From positions 64,001-128,000 of the IMG/VR virus record IMGVR_UViG_3300027969_000043: 64,000 nucleotides of DNA. One strand, 5' to 3'. The notes beneath the pieces were generated by a model. It was not told the origin of the DNA and did no database searches. It saw only the letters and a program-made list of their open reading frames with translations. Positions 40,574 through 49,789 of the stretch are shown here, piece after piece; within the stretch, counting starts at the first letter, position 1, and each line of letters opens with the position of its first letter. A program made the translations under genes and the position numbers. This DNA is from a virus.

Positions 40574-41182
40574 ATGGAAAAAAAGATTTATGTAGAAGTT
40601 GGTTCAAATACTGGAACCGATACACAACGATTTGTTAACGATGATTCAATAGTTTATTGCTTTGAGCCATCAATGGAATTATCGTTTAATTTATGGGAGC
40701 GATATAAACATCACGATAATGTAATTGTATTACCTTTTGCTATTGATATTGAAAACAGTATTAAAAAATTTAACGTTGCTGGTACATCAAATTGGGGTTG
40801 CAGTAGTTTAAATAATTTTGATAGTAATATTGCACATAAATGGCCAGGTAGACCTGATTTTATGTTTACCCATTCATATGTGGTACCAACAATAACACTT
40901 TACGATTTTATTAATTTATATAATATTGAACACATTGATTATCTGTGGATAGATGCCCAAGGTCATGATTTTAATGTTATTAAAAGCCTTAAAGATAAAA
41001 TTAATATAGTAAAAGAAGGCAGATGCGAAGCCGCTCATAATGTTACGTTGTACGAAGGTGTTAATAACAATTATCAAGATATTATCGATTATTTAAGTAA
41101 CTTTGGATTTGAATCAGAAATTGAATTAGACCGTTCTGGATTTGGTGCTGAATGTGATGTTTCATTTAAAAAAAGAATATGA
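40574..41182 (+). CDS. FkbM-family methyltransferase
   Basis: VEVGSNTG, CFEP, IDYLWIDAQGHD. Confidence 0.8.
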   Translation: MEKKIYVEVGSNTGTDTQRFVNDDSIVYCFEPSMELSFNLWERYKHHDNVIVLPFAIDIENSIKKFNVAGTSNWGCSSLNNFDSNIAHKWPGRPDFMFTHSYVVPTITLYDFINLYNIEHIDYLWIDAQGHDFNVIKSLKDKINIVKEGRCEAAHNVTLYEGVNNNYQDIIDYLSNFGFESEIELDRSGFGAECDVSFKKRI

Positions 41183-41628
41183 TATTAATATCACATAGAG
41201 GAAATACCATTGGGCCAATACCTAATTTGGAAAATGAACCAAAATATATAGATAATGCAATTTCTGATGGTTTTGATGTTGAAGTTGATGTTTGGTGTAT
41301 AAAAAATAAAGAAGATAATTGGCAATTATTTTTAGGTCATGATGAACCACAATATGGTATAAATTATGATTGGCTTTCTGATAGAATTGCAAATCTTTGG
41401 GTACATTGTAAAAATATCGAAGCTATTGAATTTTTTAAAAATACAAAAATTAATTATTTTTGGCATCAATATGATACATTAACACTAACATCAAACAAAT
41501 ATATTTGGGCGTATCCTGGAAAACAACCAATAAGTGGTAGCATTGCTGTTATGCCTGAAATTAATTCTGATAACATAACTAAATGTATTGGTGTTTGCTC
41601 TGATTATATAAAAAATTATAAAAAATGA
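41179..41628 (+). CDS. Small glycerophosphodiester phosphodiesterase-like protein
   Basis: ISHRGN...EN...GFDVEVDV...LGHD...WVHCKN...GVCSD. Confidence 0.7.
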   Translation: MILISHRGNTIGPIPNLENEPKYIDNAISDGFDVEVDVWCIKNKEDNWQLFLGHDEPQYGINYDWLSDRIANLWVHCKNIEAIEFFKNTKINYFWHQYDTLTLTSNKYIWAYPGKQPISGSIAVMPEINSDNITKCIGVCSDYIKNYKK

Positions 41629-42629
41629 TATTATTAACTTACGGGACTAGACCAGAATATATAAAAATTAAACCATTAATTAACGAAATGGTGAAACAAA
41701 ATATATCATTTAAAACATTATTTACAGGTCAACATAAAGACATAGTAAATAATGATGCTGATTTTGTTTTAGATATGAAAAATTATGGTGAAAATAGATT
41801 GGATAATATTATACAAAATTGTATGAATATGCCGTCAAGCTGGTTTGATGGGATTGACTATATTTTAGTTCAAGGCGATACAACATCGGTTACTGGATTA
41901 GCGCTAGCGGCACTACATAGAAAAATAAAATTAATACATCTAGAAGCTGGCCTTAGAACATATGACACCGAAAATCCTTACCCCGAAGAAAATAATAGAC
42001 GAATCGTTTCAACAATTGCTGACATACATCTATGTCCAACAGAGCAAAATAAAATTAATTTATTAAACGAAAACATTCCTGAGAATAAAATATATGTTGT
42101 TGGTAATACTGGTTTAGATAATTTATTAAATTTAAACTATGAAATAAAATACGATAATAAAATTTTAATAACTCTTCATAGACGTGAAAATCATGAAAAA
42201 ATGGATGAGTGGTTTATTGCTTTAAACAATATTGCAAAAAGATACAAAGATTACGAATTTATATTACCAATACATCCAAACCCAAATGTTCAAAAACATA
42301 AACATTTGTTAACAGACATTAAAGTTATCAACCCATTAAATCATGAAGAACTTATAAAATATTTATTTACTATAAAATTAGTTATTACCGATAGCGGTGG
42401 TATACAAGAAGAATGTAGTTTTTTAAACAAAAAATGTTTGGTTTGTCGAAAAATAACAGAAAGACCAGAATCGGTAGGTTTAACCAGTTTTTTAGTTGAT
42501 GAACCAGAAAATTTATATGGGCTGTTTGAAGAACATATTAAATCAGCAACATCAATGGATGACCAAAAATGTCCATTCGGTGACGGAAAATCATCCGAAA
42601 GAATTTGTAATATTTTTAGATATTTATAG
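41625..42629 (+). CDS. wecB: UDP-N-acetylglucosamine 2-epimerase (non-hydrolysing)
   Basis: GTRPE.IK, TGQH, VQGDT, HLEAGLR, PEE.NR, TLHRREN, TDSGGIQEE, TERPE, FGDG. Confidence 0.92.
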   Translation: MILLTYGTRPEYIKIKPLINEMVKQNISFKTLFTGQHKDIVNNDADFVLDMKNYGENRLDNIIQNCMNMPSSWFDGIDYILVQGDTTSVTGLALAALHRKIKLIHLEAGLRTYDTENPYPEENNRRIVSTIADIHLCPTEQNKINLLNENIPENKIYVVGNTGLDNLLNLNYEIKYDNKILITLHRRENHEKMDEWFIALNNIAKRYKDYEFILPIHPNPNVQKHKHLLTDIKVINPLNHEELIKYLFTIKLVITDSGGIQEECSFLNKKCLVCRKITERPESVGLTSFLVDEPENLYGLFEEHIKSATSMDDQKCPFGDGKSSERICNIFRYL

Positions 42630-42638
42630 TAAAAATAC

Positions 42639-43487
42639 ATGAACAAAAAAAGCACAGATAGAAAACCAAAAACAAGAAGAAATGCTGATATTGAACTATC
42701 AGCATTTTCTGAATCTAACGGTGAAACAACCCCAAAAAAAGAAGTCTTATCAACAATTAGACTTGAAATAAAACATAAAAACGAGACACAAAAAAAGTTA
42801 ACACAAGCAATAAAAAAGAACGATGTTACAATATGCGCTGGACCCGCTGGTACAGGCAAAACCCTGCTTAGTGTATTTGAAGCTTTGCTATTGTTGAAAA
42901 CCTATCCAGAAAAATATAAAGAAATCAAGTTGGTTAAATCAATAACACAACTTAAAAATGAAGACCTTGGTATACTGCCTGGTGATGAGAAAGAAAAAAT
43001 GAAATTTCTCATGATGTCTTATTTAGATGCTTTTTATAAAATTATTGGCGAAGGTCTTACAAATAAACTAATTGATTCTGGGTTAATTAAAATGGAGGTT
43101 TTTGGTGCTATACGTGGAAGGTCTTTTACAAACTGCATTATATTAGTTGACGAATTTCAAAACATTACCCACGATAATGCAAAAACATTCCTAACTAGAT
43201 TTTCAGACGATACAAAGGTTATTGTTTTAGGTGATACGGGTCAAATTGATTTAAAAAATAAAAAAGATAGTTCATTAGAAAGATTAATTGAAAGGGTAAA
43301 TTTAACACCAATCGAAGGCGTTGGAGTTGTTGAATTTAATGAATCAGAAACTGTTAGACACAGACTTACTAGCTACTTTATTAACGTATTTAAAGAACCA
43401 GAACAACCCAAACAAGAACAGCAACAAAACAAAAAAAATACAAAAAAATCTATTTTTAAAAGTTTTATCGATTTATTTAAAAAATAA
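42639..43487 (+). CDS. phoH: PhoH-family ATPase
   Basis: GPAGTGKT, LGILPG, RGRSF, DEFQN, LTR, GD..QID, VRH. Confidence 0.92.
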   Translation: MNKKSTDRKPKTRRNADIELSAFSESNGETTPKKEVLSTIRLEIKHKNETQKKLTQAIKKNDVTICAGPAGTGKTLLSVFEALLLLKTYPEKYKEIKLVKSITQLKNEDLGILPGDEKEKMKFLMMSYLDAFYKIIGEGLTNKLIDSGLIKMEVFGAIRGRSFTNCIILVDEFQNITHDNAKTFLTRFSDDTKVIVLGDTGQIDLKNKKDSSLERLIERVNLTPIEGVGVVEFNESETVRHRLTSYFINVFKEPEQPKQEQQQNKKNTKKSIFKSFIDLFKK

Positions 43488-43488
43488 C

Positions 43489-43516
43489 TTGACTTTATTC
43501 TTATAATTACTATCAT
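43489..43516 (+). promoter_or_regulatory. sigma70-like promoter TTGACT-N16-TATCAT
   Basis: Immediately upstream of ATG 43523. Confidence 0.45.
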
Positions 43517-43522
43517 TCTACC

Positions 43523-44125
43523 ATGAATATAGGTATATCAATAAATGAAGTTTTAAGAGATTTTTTAGGTCAGTTATTATACACATACGACAAGTATATT
43601 GAAAAAACTGATATTAAAGAAACAGAAATTACCAGTCTAAACTTAACAGAATTTTTAAAATTCGAGAGCGTAGACGAATGTAATAAGTTTTTATATTTAG
43701 AAGCACCCCTAGAAATCTTTGGCCATGCAGATTTAAAATTTGATGGCGTAATGGCTCACTTTAATAATCTTTTAATGGACATTAAAGATGAGGAAGAACA
43801 CCAAATTATTTTGGTTGGTAAAGAAATAAACAAAAGCATCCCATCAACATTTTTCTTTTTATCCAAAACTGGATGTAGAGCAGAAAAAATAAATTTTGTT
43901 CAAAACGCAATAAACGAATGGGATAATGTTGATTTATTAATTACCGCAAACCCAGATGCGCTTCAAAATAAACCGAACGGTAAAATTAGCGTAAAGGTTA
44001 AAGCACCATACAACGAAAATGTATCCGCCGATTACGAAATCGATTCTATTTTAGATTTTATTAAAGACCAAGACTTAAGAGATAAAATCATAAATTCAAA
44101 AATAACAACTTACGAAGAAATTTAA
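43523..44125 (+). CDS. 5'(3')-nucleotidase-like HAD-fold protein with degenerate active site
   Basis: MNIGISINEVLRD (cf. IGIDIDGVLRD), DLLITAN, APYN. Confidence 0.5.
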   Translation: MNIGISINEVLRDFLGQLLYTYDKYIEKTDIKETEITSLNLTEFLKFESVDECNKFLYLEAPLEIFGHADLKFDGVMAHFNNLLMDIKDEEEHQIILVGKEINKSIPSTFFFLSKTGCRAEKINFVQNAINEWDNVDLLITANPDALQNKPNGKISVKVKAPYNENVSADYEIDSILDFIKDQDLRDKIINSKITTYEEI

Positions 44126-44128
44126 ACT

Positions 44129-44488
44129 ATGTTAGAATTTGGTGACTCAGTCTTTTATATAGACTTAAAAGCTTTTGACAAAGCCATTACTATTATTGAT
44201 GGTAAAAACCCAGAAGATTTAAATGTAGAAACAGAAACAAAAACAACACTAAATGAAAAAGGTGAAATTTTAATGAGTGAAGTGTTTCAAAGAACAAGCC
44301 AAAGAGGTAAAGAAATTGATGCAACAAAATATGATTTACTTAAAACATTTATTGAGTACATTATAGATTATGAAGACGAAAGCGACGACACACTAGGTGC
44401 CGACAGAGCGCTATCTCAAACACCTCTAGGATATAAAATAGTATTTAATACCTTATTAAAGGAGAATATATTAAAAGAAAAACCATAA
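44129..44488 (+). CDS. Hypothetical protein
   Basis: 119-aa ORF in the operon. Confidence 0.6.
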   Translation: MLEFGDSVFYIDLKAFDKAITIIDGKNPEDLNVETETKTTLNEKGEILMSEVFQRTSQRGKEIDATKYDLLKTFIEYIIDYEDESDDTLGADRALSQTPLGYKIVFNTLLKENILKEKP

Positions 44489-44515
44489 TAAAAAATAAAA
44501 ATAAAAAAAAAAGAA

Positions 44516-45637
44516 ATGGTAGACGAAAAAGTAAAACAAGTTAATGAGATTATTGAAAAATTAGACAAAAAAGATTTTAGTCTATATTTTTTCACACTTG
44601 ACACAAAGGGAAACCCAACAGCAGGAATTGCAAACATTTATGAGCACGTAAAAGTATTAAATGAATTGGGTTACAATGCAAAAATTTTGCATGAGAAAAA
44701 TGATTACAAATTAAGAGGTGATGAAAGTGGTATGGGTATTGCAGATTGGTTAGGTGAAGAATATGCTGCACTACCACACGCATCAATCGAAAATCAAAAT
44801 TTAAATGTTTCACCAGCTGACTTTATTGTCATCCCAGAAATATTTCCAACACTAATGGACCAAATTAAAGGATTTCCATGTAGAAAAATTGTATTATCTC
44901 AGTGTTATGATTATTTATTGGACCTTTTACCAATCGGAAAAAGATGGGAAGCCGATTATGGTTTTGGACATGTGATTACAACTAGCGATAAACAAGCTAA
45001 TTATCTAAGAAATCTTTTTCCGTCTATTAAAACACATACAATACCTGTATCAATACCAAGTTATTTCAAACCAAATGAAAAACCAAAAGTTCCAGTTATT
45101 GCAATCTTAACAAGAAATCAAGGTGATGCGGCTAAAATGGCAAAATCATTTTATTTACAATATCCAATTTACAAATGGGTTAGTTTTAAAGAATTAAGAG
45201 GTCTATCTAGACAACAATTTGCTGAGGAATTATCTAAATGTTGTTTAGCTGTATGGATTGACGATAATTCTGGATTTGGAACATTCCCAATTGAAGCTAT
45301 GGAGTGCGGAACGCCTGTTATTGGTAAAATACCAAACATGGTTCCTGAGTGGATGGAAACAATTGACGAGACTGGTAATCAAGCTATCAATAATAACGGA
45401 GTTTGGACAAACACAACACTTAATATCCCAGAATTAATTGCAACATACATGAAGGTTTGGTTTGAAGATTCAGTACCATCTGATTTAATCGAATCAATTA
45501 AAAAATCTACTGGTTTATATTCACCTGAAAAACAAAAAGAAACAATTGAACGCGTATACGGTCAACTAATTGAAGAAAGAATACAAGAATTTAATAACAT
45601 TTTAAAAGCTCAAACAGCTGTAGAAGAAAGTAAATAA
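44516..45637 (+). CDS. Glycosyltransferase, GT-B fold (GT4-like)
   Basis: GIANIYEHV..L..LGY, VIPE, SGFGTFPIEAMECGTPVIG. Confidence 0.85.
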   Translation: MVDEKVKQVNEIIEKLDKKDFSLYFFTLDTKGNPTAGIANIYEHVKVLNELGYNAKILHEKNDYKLRGDESGMGIADWLGEEYAALPHASIENQNLNVSPADFIVIPEIFPTLMDQIKGFPCRKIVLSQCYDYLLDLLPIGKRWEADYGFGHVITTSDKQANYLRNLFPSIKTHTIPVSIPSYFKPNEKPKVPVIAILTRNQGDAAKMAKSFYLQYPIYKWVSFKELRGLSRQQFAEELSKCCLAVWIDDNSGFGTFPIEAMECGTPVIGKIPNMVPEWMETIDETGNQAINNNGVWTNTTLNIPELIATYMKVWFEDSVPSDLIESIKKSTGLYSPEKQKETIERVYGQLIEERIQEFNNILKAQTAVEESK

Positions 45638-45646
45638 TTTAAAAAT

Positions 45647-46450
45647 ATGAAAAAAAGTAACTCAAATATCTCGGTAATCTTACCTGTACACGAATTAACC
45701 GAAGAAACAAAACCAATGTTTTTAAACGCCATTAAAAGCGTTGAACAACAAACTGTAAAACCTGATGAATTAGTTATTGTAATTCCAAAAGGTAGCGGTA
45801 TTGCTAAATATATCAAAACCGTAGATTTCGGCGAAATAAAAGAAATCGTGTCGGTTGTTGAAAATGACGGTGAAACTGATTTTGCTAGCCAAATAAATTA
45901 CGGTGTATCTAAAGCAAAATCTGAATGGGTTTCATTCTTAGAATTAGATGACGAATATGCTAACATCTGGTTTAAAAATGTTTTAGAATACACAAAGGCT
46001 CATACCAATGTTGAATTGTTTATGCCACTTGTTGTTGATGTAGATGCAAATGGCTCATTTGTTGGGTTTACTAACGAAGCTGTTTGGGCAACTGGATTCT
46101 CAGACGAATTAGGTGTGTTAGATTTAAACGCATTATTAATGTATCAGAATTTTAATATTGATGGTATTGTTGTTAAAAAATCTATATTTGAATCATATGG
46201 TGGATTTAAACCTAGTATTAAATTAACATTTATATATGAATTCTTATTAAGAATGACATTTAAAGATGTTAAGGTAATGACAATTCCTAGATTTGGATAC
46301 AAACACGTAAATCAAAGACCTGGTTCTTTATTTGATAATTACAAAAATACAATTGACCCAGCTGAAGCTAGATGGTGGTTAAGTCAAGCAAAAAAAGAAT
46401 ATTATTTCGATAAAGATAGAAAAATAACGTATGAAACACAAAAAGTGTAA
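45647..46450 (+). CDS. Glycosyltransferase family 2
   Basis: ISVILPVH, SV.QQT, IN.G...AKSEWVSFLELDD, GGF. Confidence 0.85.
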   Translation: MKKSNSNISVILPVHELTEETKPMFLNAIKSVEQQTVKPDELVIVIPKGSGIAKYIKTVDFGEIKEIVSVVENDGETDFASQINYGVSKAKSEWVSFLELDDEYANIWFKNVLEYTKAHTNVELFMPLVVDVDANGSFVGFTNEAVWATGFSDELGVLDLNALLMYQNFNIDGIVVKKSIFESYGGFKPSIKLTFIYEFLLRMTFKDVKVMTIPRFGYKHVNQRPGSLFDNYKNTIDPAEARWWLSQAKKEYYFDKDRKITYETQKV

Positions 46451-47179
46451 ATGGTTAGCAAAAGAGGACGCAAAAGAAAGAATGAAATGTATTTTGGTCC
46501 AGACGAAGAAAATGCCGTTAACGAATACTTAGCATCAACTGATGATACCGAAAGAAACTTGATTTACAACAAATGGTTAAAAGAGCCATTGGATAAAATG
46601 ATAGAATCTATTATTAGAAAATATAAATTATATAGAAAGGGTGAAACGTTTGAAGATTTACACAGCGACACCCTTTCATTTCTAATGACAAAAGCACATA
46701 AGTTTGAACATGGTAGAGGTAAAAAAGCATATTCTTACTATGGCACGATATGTAAACATTATATTTTAGGATTATTAATCAAGGATGAAAAGTATATTAA
46801 ACAAACAGCATCCTATGAAGATATATCTTCCGACTTAGAAGAACGTAAAGAGTTAAGCTATGTTATTGATGAAGATGATTTTCAAATGGATGAGTTTTTT
46901 AAAAAACTTACAAATGGTATCAAGGATGAATTAGACGATGAGAACTTACCACCAAAAAAACGATTAACCGAAAATGAAAAAAAAGTAGGTCAATCCCTGA
47001 TTGAAATATTACAAAATTGGGAAACATCGTTTGATGCTATGAGTGGTGGTTCTAAATATAATAAAAACTCCGTACTAGAAACCATGCGAAACTACACCAA
47101 TCTATCAACCAAAGATATAAGATTGGCTATGAGAAGATTTAAAGAGTTATACGAATTTTTAAAATTCAAAACCCTGTAA
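46451..47179 (+). CDS. Phage sigma factor, T4 gp55-like late sigma
   Basis: sigma70 region-2-like EDL.SDTLSFL..KAHKF..GRGKKAYSYYGTICKH; short; lies just upstream of late genes. Confidence 0.7.
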   Translation: MVSKRGRKRKNEMYFGPDEENAVNEYLASTDDTERNLIYNKWLKEPLDKMIESIIRKYKLYRKGETFEDLHSDTLSFLMTKAHKFEHGRGKKAYSYYGTICKHYILGLLIKDEKYIKQTASYEDISSDLEERKELSYVIDEDDFQMDEFFKKLTNGIKDELDDENLPPKKRLTENEKKVGQSLIEILQNWETSFDAMSGGSKYNKNSVLETMRNYTNLSTKDIRLAMRRFKELYEFLKFKTL

Positions 47180-47203
47180 ACGTATTTAAAAATCTTTTAC
47201 TTA

Positions 47204-47211
47204 ATATTTAT
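47204..47211 (+). promoter_or_regulatory. Putative late promoter ATATTTAT
   Basis: 16 nt upstream of ATG 47228. Confidence 0.6.
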
Positions 47212-47227
47212 ATAAAAATATATTATC

Positions 47228-47611
47228 ATGCCAAGGAAAAAAAAACAAGATGTAAAAGTAAATGACGTTGAAAGCTTAGAGGGTTTAATGCAAGAAACTT
47301 ACAATGATGCGTGTCTACAAATAAATGATGCTCAACGAAGCATAAATGAATTAGCATCAAGCGCCACACCACAAGATGTAGACGATTTAACAAAAATAGC
47401 TAAAGAAAAAGGTGGTCTTTTAAAGGTAAAAGATTCTGCGATTAGAATTAAACTAGAATTAGCAAAACTACAAAGCGATATACTTAAAAATAGAGGCGAT
47501 GCCGAAACAGCAATTCAAGAAAGAACTGATGGCAAAGCGTCTTTAAATGATTTTAAATCAATTAGGGAAATGCTTAAAAACGATAAGGATATTGAGAACC
47601 AACAAGATTAA
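47228..47611 (+). CDS. Hypothetical helical protein
   Basis: 127-aa ORF after the late motif. Confidence 0.6.
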   Translation: MPRKKKQDVKVNDVESLEGLMQETYNDACLQINDAQRSINELASSATPQDVDDLTKIAKEKGGLLKVKDSAIRIKLELAKLQSDILKNRGDAETAIQERTDGKASLNDFKSIREMLKNDKDIENQQD

Positions 47612-47613
47612 TA

Positions 47614-49128
47614 ATGTCTAATTTAGTCAAAAAAAAGCAAATATTTGGTAACATTGCGGCAGACAGGACGATTACTGAGGGTATGCCAAAATTAAAGACT
47701 ACCTCATCAATGCCATCAATTAATAACACTGGCAATGTGGTTGCTTTTTTAACAGATTTAATCAAGGCGCTTGATGGTTATGAAGAACTAGTAGATACTG
47801 TAATTGATACAATCACAAAATATCTTGGTACAATTGAAACCGAGATAAAAAATGCGCTTCAACTAGAATTAAAAGCTATCGTAAGCTGTGGTGTCAACCC
47901 TAGCCTACCCGATTATATTAAATCAACAGGTAACGGGATAAAATTTACTGTTGATAAGATAGATTTTACAAACATATTAAAAATTGACCCAAGTTCAACT
48001 GCTGGTGGACTTATTTATACCGATTTAACACCAAATCTAATTGATAGCAAAGATTTTAATACTTTTTTATACCAAGTAATACAAAATGATGGGTCTGTTA
48101 ATGGATGGGGTCATCAAACAACGGGTGCTGACATATTAACGTTTCAGTTTAAATCTGTTGACATTGCGGGTATAGACCCAAACAATACTCTAACTATTAA
48201 AGCGGCTCAATCATATGATAATAAATCATTAAGCGACATAAACAATAATTTTATAAATAGTGTGACACTATTTGATTCAGCAAAACTATTAACAAAACTA
48301 GTTGATAATATATTTGGTACTGTATCTAACCTAGCAAAAACATCAAAAAACTTTTTAGAGAGTAAATCAAAAACAAATTTTATTATTAATAAAATTACAA
48401 ATACCGAGGGTAATGATATACTTTCAGACAATTTTTTTGATTTTTCAAATAAAGATAAAAAATTTTTTGAAGACGAAGCTAATTTATGGAAACAAGGAAA
48501 AGCCATATATAAAACATCTGGCGAATTCACTTCACAAATATCAGATGTATCATTAAAAAATATGACCAAATCTGTTTCTGGTGCAACAACCGAAGCAGCA
48601 AAAAAAGATGCGATAAAAAAATCTTTAAACGACTTAACAAATCAAATTACAAAAGCGTCAAATGATGCAACCAAATTGATTAACAATAGAAACAATCAAT
48701 TAAAAAAATTAAGTAATAAACTTGATTCTTTTAGTAAAATTAAAATTGACCATAAAGCATTAAGCTTAAATTTTATTCAACAAATTATAAATGATTTTGT
48801 TAAAGTTATTGTTAATGTTTTATTATCGCCAAAGATTGTTACAATATTTCTTTTAAATTTTAAAATTATATACGGCCCAAACGAAACATTTTCAGACCCA
48901 ATTGATTTTATCAAAAAAAATAGAAATTTAGTTAAAAATGTTGTAAAAAGAGTAAGTGGTATTATAATAAAAATATTATTAAAAAAAGTAATAAAAAGAA
49001 TAACAAAGTTAATTGCAGAATCTAGACTTAAAAAAGAAATTGATAAAAACAAAGCAAAAGTAACACAATTGTTAAGTTTAGTTGGCGTTCCGCAAGATGT
49101 ACTTAGACAAATAAACGGACTTATATGA
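47614..49128 (+). CDS. Hypothetical protein (baseplate region)
   Basis: 504-aa ORF with an amphipathic basic C-terminus. Confidence 0.55.
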   Translation: MSNLVKKKQIFGNIAADRTITEGMPKLKTTSSMPSINNTGNVVAFLTDLIKALDGYEELVDTVIDTITKYLGTIETEIKNALQLELKAIVSCGVNPSLPDYIKSTGNGIKFTVDKIDFTNILKIDPSSTAGGLIYTDLTPNLIDSKDFNTFLYQVIQNDGSVNGWGHQTTGADILTFQFKSVDIAGIDPNNTLTIKAAQSYDNKSLSDINNNFINSVTLFDSAKLLTKLVDNIFGTVSNLAKTSKNFLESKSKTNFIINKITNTEGNDILSDNFFDFSNKDKKFFEDEANLWKQGKAIYKTSGEFTSQISDVSLKNMTKSVSGATTEAAKKDAIKKSLNDLTNQITKASNDATKLINNRNNQLKKLSNKLDSFSKIKIDHKALSLNFIQQIINDFVKVIVNVLLSPKIVTIFLLNFKIIYGPNETFSDPIDFIKKNRNLVKNVVKRVSGIIIKILLKKVIKRITKLIAESRLKKEIDKNKAKVTQLLSLVGVPQDVLRQINGLI

Positions 49129-49574
49129 GTGATGCTAACACAGAAAAAAAATCAGAATTTTCAACTGATGATTTAAATTTTAACTCTATTGGTAGTGTAC
49201 TAGATTTAATATTATCAGCCTTTAAATTACAAAAACCTCCAATCGAGGCATTACCACCACCATTATTATTAGCTGGCGGTCAATTACGCCCAGGCGTAAC
49301 CGCAACCGAAGTAGCCGCTAGAATAATATCTAGACAATCCGAATCGGGTGCGCTTGTTGGTGATGTTTTTGCTGATGGAGATAATATTGCTCAAGCAATG
49401 GAGTTAATTAGAATTCAAGAAATAATGGACTCCCTATTAACCGAAGGCAAAATAGAAGTTATAATACCACCTGGGATACCTGTACAAACACTTGGAATTG
49501 GTAATCTCGGTGCACCAGTCGCTTCATTTGGCGCAACTACAACATTTGCATCTGGATGGGGTGTTTTACGTTAA
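49125..49574 (+). CDS. Hypothetical protein (baseplate region)
   Basis: 149-aa ORF overlapping the upstream stop. Confidence 0.55.
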   Translation: MSDANTEKKSEFSTDDLNFNSIGSVLDLILSAFKLQKPPIEALPPPLLLAGGQLRPGVTATEVAARIISRQSESGALVGDVFADGDNIAQAMELIRIQEIMDSLLTEGKIEVIIPPGIPVQTLGIGNLGAPVASFGATTTFASGWGVLR

Positions 49575-49584
49575 AAAAATTTTT

Positions 49585-49788
49585 ATGGAAAAAAATGAAA
49601 AAAAATCTTTGTTTGAAGAATTAGAAGAAAAATCTAATAATGAAATTTTATTTGAAATCAAACAAATGGAGGCTGACCACGAAGCCTTAAAATTAAAAAT
49701 GATAAAAGATTACGATAAATTAATCGAAATCGAAAAAAAATTTGAAAGAGCAAATTTAATATTACTTAAAAGATTAAAAGGGGAATAA
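49585..49788 (+). CDS. Small coiled-coil protein
   Basis: Likely start at ATG 49585 (MEKNEKK), not 49492. Confidence 0.5.
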   Translation: MEKNEKKSLFEELEEKSNNEILFEIKQMEADHEALKLKMIKDYDKLIEIEKKFERANLILLKRLKGE

Positions 49789-49789
49789 T

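Noticed and set aside
22515-46450. Bacterial capsule/LPS locus (host DNA or prophage flank)
   Set aside because: Interleaved with phage-type genes (dut, phoH, gp55-like sigma), flanked by virion genes, and lacking export/polymerase genes.
47228-47611. Possible small terminase subunit
   Set aside because: Size and helical character fit, but no recognisable motif or adjacent large terminase; left as hypothetical.
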